DNA of 64,000 nucleotides from Eledone cirrhosa. Taxonomy: Eukaryota. The position numbers and the translations under genes were made by a program. How positions within the stretch are numbered: the stretch's first letter is position 1; every line of letters starts with the position of its first letter. Positions 54,801 through 64,000 of the stretch are shown piece after piece. Under the pieces are notes generated by a model, which was given only the letters and a program-made list of their open reading frames with translations, did not search any database and was not told where the DNA came from. The stretch is from positions 206,894,001-206,958,000 of the forward strand of contig OZ024743.1 in the NCBI GenBank assembly GCA_964016885.1, given 5' to 3'.

Positions 54801-57800
54801 TCATCCCACTGGTCAGCTCCAGCATACTGATCCTTGGTACGATATATACACTGCTGGGAGCTCATCCGACTGGTCAGCTCTGATACTGATCCTTAGTACC
54901 ATATATACACTGAAGGGAGCTCATCTCACTGGTCAGCTCTGATACTGATCCTTGGTACCATATATACACTGCAGGGAGCTCATCCCACTGGTCAGATCTG
55001 ATACTGATCCTTGGCACCATATATACACTGAAAGGAGCCCATCCCACTGGTCAGCTCTGATACTGATCCTTCGTACCAGATAAACACTGAAAGGAGCTCA
55101 TCCCAATGGTCAGCTTCAGCATACTGATCCTTGGTACCATATATACACTGCTGGAAGCTCATCCCACTGGTCAGCTCTGATACTGATCCTTGGTACCATA
55201 TATACACTGAAGGGAGCTCATCCCACTGGTCAGCTCTGACACTGATCCTTGGTACCATATATACACTTAAGGGAGCTCATCCCACTGGTCAGCTCTGATA
55301 CTGATCCTTGGTACCATATATACACTGCAGGGAGCTCATCCCACTGGTCAGCTCTGATACTGATCCTTTGCACCATATATACACTGCAGGGAGCTCATCC
55401 CACTGGTCAGCTCTGATACTGATCCTTGGTACCATATATACACTGCTGGGAGCTCATCCACTGGTCAGCTCTGACACTGATCCTTGGCACCATATATACA
55501 CTGCTGGGAGCTCATCCCACTGGTCAGCTCTGATACTGATCCTTGGCACCATATATACACTGAAGGGAGCTCATCCCACTGGTCAGCTCTGACACTGATC
55601 CTTGGTACCATCTATACACTGAAGGGAGCTCATCCCACTGGTCAGCTCTGATACTGATCCTTGGTACCATATATACACTTCTGGGAGCTCAACCCACTGG
55701 TCAGCTCTGATACTGAGCCTTGGTACCATGTATACACTGCAGGGAGCTCATCCCACTGGTCAGCTCTGACAGTGATCCTTGGCACCATATATACACTGAA
55801 AGGAGCCCATCCCACTGGTCAGCTCTGATACTGATCCTTGGTACCAGATAAACACTGAAAGGAGCTCATCCCACTGGTCAGCTCCAGCATACTGATCCTT
55901 GGGTACCATATATACACTGCTGGGAGTTCATCCGACTGGTCAGCTCTGATACTGATCCTTGGTACCATATATACACTGAAGGGAGCTCATCCCACTGGTC
56001 AGCTCTGACAGTGATCCTTGGTACCATATATACACTGCAGGGAGCTCATGCCACTGGTCAGCTCTGACAGTGATCCTTGGTACCATATATACACTGCAGG
56101 GAGCTCATCCCACTCGTCAGCTCTGATACTGATCCTTGGTACCATCTATACACTGAAGGGAGCTCATCCCACTGGTCAGCTCTGATACTGATCCTTGGTA
56201 GCATATATACACTGCAGGGAGCTCATCCCACTGGTCAGATCTGATACTGATCCTTGGTACCAGATAAACACTGAAAGGAGCTCATACCACTGGTCAGCTC
56301 CAGCATACTGATCCTTGGTACCATATATACACTGCTGGGAGCTCATCCCACTGGTCAGCTCTGATACTGATCCTTGGTACCAGATAAACACTGAAAGGAG
56401 CTCATCCCACTGGTCAGCTCCAGCATACTGATCCTTGGTACCATATATACACTGCTGGGAGCTCATCCCACTGGTCAGCTCTGATACTGATCCTTGGTAC
56501 CAGATAAACACTGAAAGGAGCTCATCCCACTGGTCAGCTCCAGCATACTGATCCTTGGTACCATATATACACTGCTGGGAGCTCATCCCACTGGTCAGCT
56601 CTGATACTGATCCTTGGTACCAGATAAACACTGAAAGGAGCTCATCCCACTGGTCAGCTCCAGCATACTGATCCTTGGTACCATATATACACTGCTGGGA
56701 GCTCATCCCACTGGTCAGCTCTGATACTGATCCTTGGTACCAGATAAACACTGAAAGGAGCTCATCCCACTGGTCAGCTCCAGCATACTGATCCTTGGTA
56801 CCATATATACACTGCTGGGAGCTCATCCCACTGGTCAGCTCTGATACTGATCCTTGGTACCATATATACACTGAAGGGAGCTCATCTCACTGGTCAGCTC
56901 TGATACTGATCCTTGGTACCATATATACACTGCTGGGAGCTCATCCCACTGGTCAGCTCTGATACTGATCCTTGGTACCATATATACACTGAAGGGAGCT
57001 CATCCCACTGGTCAGTTCTGATACTGATCCTTGGTGCCATATATACACTGAAGGGAGCTCATCCCACTGGTCAGCTCTGACAGTGATCCTTGGTACCATA
57101 TATACACTGCAGGGAGCTCATCCCACTGGTCAGCTCCAGCATACTGATCCTTGGTACCATATATACACTGCTGGGAGTTCATCCCACTGGTGAGCTCTGA
57201 TACTGATCCTTGTTACCATATATACACTGCAAGGATCTCATCCCACTGGTCAGCCCCAGCATACTGATCCTTGGTACCATATATTCACTGCAGGGAGCTC
57301 ATCCAGATGGTCAGCTCTGATACTGATTCTTGATACCATATATACACTGCTGGGAGCTCATCCCACTGGTCAGCTCCATCATACTGATCATTGGCACCAT
57401 ATATACACTGCTGGGAGCTCATCCCACTGGTCAGCTCCAGCATACTGATCCTTGGCACCATATATACACTGCTGGGATCTCATCCCACTGGTCAGCTCCA
57501 GCATACTGATACTTGGTACCATATATACACTGCAGGGAGCTCATCCCACTGGTCAGCTCTGATACTGATCCTTTGTACCATATATACCTGCTGGGAGCTC
57601 ATCCCACTGGTCAGCTCCAGCATACTGATCCTTGGTACCATATATACACTGCAGGGAGCTCATCCCACAGGTCAGCTCTGATATTGATCCTTGGTACTAT
57701 ATATTCGCTGCAGGGAGCTCATCCCACTGGTCAGCTCTGATACTGATCCTTGGTACCATATATACACTGCTGGGAGCTCATCCACTGGTCAGCTCTGATA

Positions 57801-60800
57801 CTGGTACCATATATACACTGAAAGGAGCCCATCCCACTGGTCAGCTCTGATACTGATCCTTGGTACCAGATAAACACTGAAAGGAGCTCATCCCAATTGT
57901 CAGCTTCAGCATACTGATCCTTGGTACCATATATACACTGCTGGAAGCTCATCCCACTGGTCAGCTCTGACACTGATCCTTGGTACCATATATACACTTA
58001 AGGGAGCTCATCCCACTGGTCAGCTCTGATACTGATCCTTGGTACCATATATACACTGCAGGGAGCTCATCCCAATGGTCAGCTCTGATACTGATCCTTT
58101 GCACCATATATACACTGCAGGGAGCTCATCCCACTGGTCAGCTCTGATACTGATCCTTGGTACCATATATACACTGCTGGGAGCTCATCCACTGGTCAGC
58201 TCTGATACTGATCCTTGGCACCATATATACACTGCTGGGAGCTCATCCCACTGGTCAGCTCTGATACTGATCCTTGGCACCATATATACACTGAAGGGAG
58301 CTCATCCCACTGGTCAGCTCTGACACTGATCCTTGGTACCATCTATACACTGAAGGGAGCTCATCCCACTGGTCAGCTCTGATACTGATCCTTGGTACCA
58401 TATATACACTGCTGGGAGCTCAACCCACTGGTCAGCTCTGATACTGAGCCTTGGTACCATATATACACTGCAGGGAGCTCATCCCACTGGTCAGCCCTGA
58501 CAGTGATCCTTGGCACCATATATACACTGAAAGGAGCCCATCCCACTGGTCAGCTCTGATACTGATCCTTGGTACCAGATAAACACTGAAAGGAGCTCAT
58601 CCCAATGGTCAGCTCCAGCACACTGATCCTTGGTACCATATATACACTGAAGGGAGCTCATCCCCCTGGTCAGCTCTGACAGTGATCCTTGGTACCATCT
58701 ATACACTGAAGGGAGCTCATCCCACTTGTCAGCTCTGATACTGATCCTTAGTACCATATATACACTGCTGGGAGCTCAACCCACTGGTCAGCTCTGATAC
58801 TGAGCCTTGGTACCATATATACACTGCAGGGAGCTCATCCCACTGGTCAGCTCTGACAGTGATCCTTGGTACCATATATACACTGCAGGGAGCTCATCCC
58901 ACTGGTCAGCTCTGATACTGATCCTTGGTACCATCTATACACTGAAAGGAGCTCATCCCACTGGTCAGCTCTGATACTGATCCTTGGTACCATATATACA
59001 CTGCAGGGAGCTCATCCCACTGGTCAGCTCTGATACTGATGCTTGGCACCATATATACACTACTGGGAGCTCATCCCACTGGTCAGCTCTGATACTGATC
59101 CTTGGTACCAGATAAACATTGAAAGGAGCTCATCCCACTGGTCAGCTGCAGCATACTGATCCTTGGTACCATATATACACTGCTGGGAGCTCATCCCACT
59201 GGTCAGCTCTGATACTGATCCTTGGAACCATATATACACTGAAGGGAGCTCATCTCACTGGTCAGCTCTGATACTGATCCTTGGTACCATATATACACTG
59301 CAGGGAGCTCATCCCACTGGTCAGATCTTATACTGATCCTTGGCACCATATATACACTGAAAGGAGCCCATCCCACTGGTCAGCTCTGATACTGATCCTT
59401 GGTACCAGATAAACATTGAAAGGAGCTCATCCCACTGGTCAGCTGCAGCATACTGATCCTTGGTACCATATATACACTGCTGGGAGCTCATCCCACTGGT
59501 CAGCTCTGATACTGATCCTTGGAACCATATATACACTGAAGGGAGCTCATCTCACTGGTCAGCTCTGATACTGATCCTTGGTACTATATATTCGCTGCAG
59601 GGAGCTCATCCCACTGGTCAGCTCTGATACTGATCCTTGGTACCATCTATACACTGAAGGGAGCTCATCCCACTGGTCAGCTCTGATACTGATCCTTGGT
59701 ACCATATATACACTGAAGGGAGCTCATCCCACTGGTCAGCTCTGACACTGATCCTTGGTACCATCTATACACTTAAGGCAGCTCATCTCACTGGTCAGCT
59801 CTGATACTGATCCTTGGTACCATATATACACTACTGGGAGCTCATCCCACTGGTCAGCTCTGATACTGATGCTTGGCACCATATATACACTACTGGGAGC
59901 TCATCCCACTGGTCAGCTCTGATACTGATCCTTGGTACCAGATAAACACTGAAAGGAGCTCATCCCACTGGTCAGCTCCAGCATACTGATCCTTGGTACC
60001 ATATATACACTGCTGGGAGCTCATCCGTCTGGTCAGCTCTGATACTGATCCTTGGTACCATATACACACTGAAGGGAGCTCATCTCACTGGTCAGCTCTG
60101 ATACTGATCCTTGGTACCATATATACACTGCAGGGAGCTCATCCCACTGGTCAGATCTGATACTGATCCTTGGCACCATATATACACTGAAAGGAGCCCA
60201 TCCCACTGGTCAGCTTTGAAACTGATCCTTGGTACCAGATAAACACTGAAAGGAGCTCATCCCACTGGTCAGCTTCAGAATACTGATCCTTTGTACCATA
60301 TATACACTGCTGGAATCTCATCCCACTGGTCAGCTCTGATACTGATCCTTGGTACCATATATACACTGAAGGGTGCTCATCCCACTGGTCAGCTCTGACA
60401 CTGATCCTTGGTACCATATATACACTTAAGGGAGCTCATCTTACTGGTAAGCTCTGATACTAATCCTTGGTACCATATATACACTACTGGGAGCTCATCC
60501 CACTGGTCAGCTCTGATACTGATCCTTGGTACCATATATACACTAAAGGGAGCTCATCCCACTGGTCAGCTCTGATACTGATCCTTCGTACCATATATAC
60601 ACTGCAGGGAGCTCATCCCACTGGTCAGCTCTGATACTGATACTTGGCACCATATATACACTGAAGGGAGCTCATCCCACTGGTCAGCTCTGATACTGAT
60701 CCTTTGTACCATATATACCTGCTGGGAGCTCATCCCACTGGTCAGCTCCAGCATACTGATCCTTGGTACCATATATACACTGCAGGGAGCTCATCCCACA

Positions 60801-63800
60801 GGTCAGCTCTGATATTGATCCTTGGTACTATATATTCGCTGTAGGAACTCATCCCACTGGTCAGCTCTGATACTGATCCTTGGTACCATCTATACACTGA
60901 AGGGAGCTCATCCCACTGGTCAGCTCTTATACTGATCCTTGGTACCAGATAAACACTGAAAGGAGCTCATCCCACTGGTCAGCTCCAGCATACTGATCCT
61001 TCGTACCATATATACACTGCTGGGAGCTCATCCGACTGGTCAGCTCTGATACTGATCCTTGGTACCATATATACACTGAAGGGAGCTCATCTCACTGGTC
61101 AGCTCTGATACTGATCCTTGGTACCATATATACACTGCAGGGAGCTCATCCCACTGGTCAGATCTGATACTGATCCTTGGCACCATATATACACTGAAAG
61201 GAGCCCATCCCACTGGTCAGCTCTGATACTGATCCTTGGTACCAGATAAACACTGAAAGGAGCTCATCCCAATTGTCAGCTTCAGCATACTGATCCTTGG
61301 TACCATATATACACTGCTGGAAGCTCATCCCACTGGTCAGCTCTGACACTGATCCTTGGTACCATATATACACTTAAGGGAGCTCATCCCACTGGTCAGC
61401 TCTGATACTGATCCTTGGTACCATATATACACTGCAGGGAGCTCATCCCACTGGTCAGCTCTGATACTGATCCTTTGCACCATATATACGCTGCAGGGAG
61501 CTCATCCCACTGGTCAGCTCTGATACTGATCCTTGGTACCATATATACACTGCTGGGAGCTCATCCACTGGTCAGCTCTGATACTGATCCTTGGCACCAT
61601 ATATACACTGCTGGGAGCTCATCCCACTGGTCAGCTCTGATACTGATCCTTGGCACCATATATACACTGAAGGGAGCTCATCCCACTGGTCAGCTCTGAC
61701 ACTGATCCTTGGTACCATCTATACACTGAAGGGAGCTCATCCCACTGGTCAGCTCTGATACTGATCCTTGGTACCATATATACACTGCTGGGAGCTCAAC
61801 CCACTTGTCAGCTCTGATACTGAGACTTGGTACCATATATACACTGCAGGGAGCTCATCCCACTGGTCAGCTCTGACAGTGATCCTTGGCACCATATATA
61901 CACTGAAAGGAGCCCATCCCACTGGTCAGCTCTGATACTGATCCTTGGTACCAGATAAACACTGAAAGGAGCTCATCCCAATGGTCAGCTCCAGCATACT
62001 GATCCTTGGTACCATATATACACTGAAGGGAGCTCATCCCCCTGGTCAGCTCTGACAGTGATCCTTGGTACCATCTATACACTGAAGGGAGCTCATCCCA
62101 CTTGTCAGCTCTGATACTGATCCTTAGTACCATATATACACTGCTGGGAGCTCAACCCACTGGTCAGCTCTGATACTGAGCCTTGGTACCATATATACAC
62201 TGCAGGGAGCTCATCCCACTGGTCAGCTCTGACAGTGATCCTTGGTACCATATATACACTGCAGGGAGCTCATCCCACTGGTCAGCTCTGATACTGATCC
62301 TTGGTACCATCTATACACTGAAGGGAGCTCATCCCACTGGTCAGCTCTGATACTGATCCTTGGTACCATATATACACTGCAGGGAGCTCATCCCACTGGT
62401 CAGCTCTGATACTGATGCTTGGCACCATATATACACTACTGGGAGCTCATCCCACTGGTCAGCTCCAGCATACTGATCCTTGGTACCATATATACACTGC
62501 TGGGAGCTCATCCCACTGGTCAGCTCTGATACTGATCCTTGGTACCATATATACACTGAAGGGAGCTCATCTCACTGGTCAGCTCTGATACTGATCCTTG
62601 GTACCATATATACACTGCAGGGAGCTCATCCCACTGGTCAGATCTTATACTGATCCTTGGCACCATATATACACTGAAAGGAGCCCATCCCACTGGTCAG
62701 CTCTGATACTGATCCTTGGTACCAGATAAACACTGAAAGGAGCTCATCCCACTGGTCAGCTTCAGCATACTGATCCTTGGTACCATATATACACTGCTGG
62801 AAGCTCATCCCACTGGTCAGCTCTGATACTGATCCTTGGTACCATATATACACTGAAGGGAGCTCATCCCACTGGTCAGCTCTGACACTGATCCTTGGTA
62901 CCATCTATACACTTAAGGGAGCTCATCTCACTGGTCAGCTCTGATACTGATCCTTGGTACCATATATACACTACTGGGAGCTCATCCCACTGGTCAGCTC
63001 TGATACTGATCCTTGGTACCATATATACACTGAAGGGAGCTCATCCCACTGGTCAGCTCTGATACTGATCCTTGGTACCATATATACACTGCAGGGAGCT
63101 CATCCCACTGGGCAGCTCTGATACTGATCCTTGGCACCATATATACACTGAAGGGAGCTCATCCCACTGGTCAGCTCTGATACTGATCCTTGGCACCATA
63201 TATACACTGAAGGGAGCTCATCCCACTGGTCAGCTCTGATACTGATCCTTGGCACTATATATACACTGCAGGGAGCTCATCACACTGGTCAGCTCCAGCA
63301 TACTGATCCTTGGTACCATATATACACTGCAGGGAGCTCATCCCACTGGTCAGCTCTGATACTGATCCTTGGTACTATATATTCGCTGCAGGGAGCTCAT
63401 CCCACTGGTCAGCTCTGATACTGATCCTTGGTACCATCTATACACTGAAGGGAGCTCATCCCACTGGTCAGCTCTGATACTGATCCTTGGTAACATATAT
63501 ACACTGCAGGGAGCTCATCCCACTGGTCAGCTCTGATACTGATGCTTGGCACCATATATACACTACTGGGAGCTCATCCCACTGGTCAGCTCTGATACTG
63601 ATCCTTGGTACCAGATAAACACTGAAAGGAGCTCATCCCACTGGTCAGCTCCAGCATTCTGATCCTTGGTACCATATATACACTGCTGGGAGCTCATCCG
63701 TCTGGTCAGCTCTGATACTGATCCTTGGTACCATATATACACTGAAGGGAGCTCATCTCACTGGTCAGCTCTGATACTGATCCTTGGTACCATATATACA

Positions 63801-64000
63801 CTGCAGGGAGCTCATCCCACTGGTCAGATCTGATACTGATCCTTGGCACCATATATACACTGAAAGGAGCCCATCCCACTGGTCAGCTTTGAAACTGATC
63901 CTTGGTACCAGATAAACACTGAAAGGAGCTCATCCCACTGGTCAGCTTCAGAATACTGATCCTTTGTACCATATATACACTGCTGGAATCTCATCCCACT
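9799..64000. repeat. Satellite B: 59/61-bp tandem array, >54 kb, ~900 monomers, runs off the window
   Basis: 59-mer CTGATCCTTGGTACCATATATACACTGCTGGGAGCTCATCCCACTGGTCAGCTCTGATA; the 61-mer ends ...CAGCTCCAGCATA. Most units have SacI (GAGCTC) and KpnI (GGTACC) sites. Single orientation throughout. Confidence 0.99.

Noticed and set aside
9630-64000. Hundreds of short ORFs on both strands (WYHIYTAGSSSHW..., MVPRISIRADQWDELP...)
   Set aside because: They are translations of a 59/61-bp repeat that is not a multiple of three. Frames rotate every unit, stops are frequent and no domain is recognisable.
9799-64000. CRISPR-like array (partly palindromic repeat with a variable segment)
   Set aside because: No unique spacers; the variable site is about 4 bp with a few recurring alleles. 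There are no cas genes and the context is eukaryotic.

Overview
Non-coding, repeat-dominated eukaryotic DNA. The SINE family and microsatellite context look like coleoid cephalopod (Octopus-like) DNA, which is an inference from recalled sequence and not a search result. Positions 1-9.8 kb are a transposon graveyard: about 13 copies or fragments of a tRNA-derived SINE, one split by a hAT-like MITE with an 8-bp TSD; a decayed RTE-clade LINE fragment; a 4-kb array of a 64-bp satellite; microsatellites; and a ~140-bp hairpin carrying a degenerate hammerhead-like core. Positions ~9.8-64 kb are one uninterrupted tandem array (>54 kb, ~900 monomers, open at the right edge) of 59/61-bp units with nested higher-order duplications from 120 bp to ~13.4 kb. 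The apparent seed of this satellite survives at its left edge. No intact protein-coding gene is supported, and the many ORFs in the track are translations of repeats. I found no convincing new enzymatic or genetic system; the most interesting signals concern how the satellite arose and evolved.
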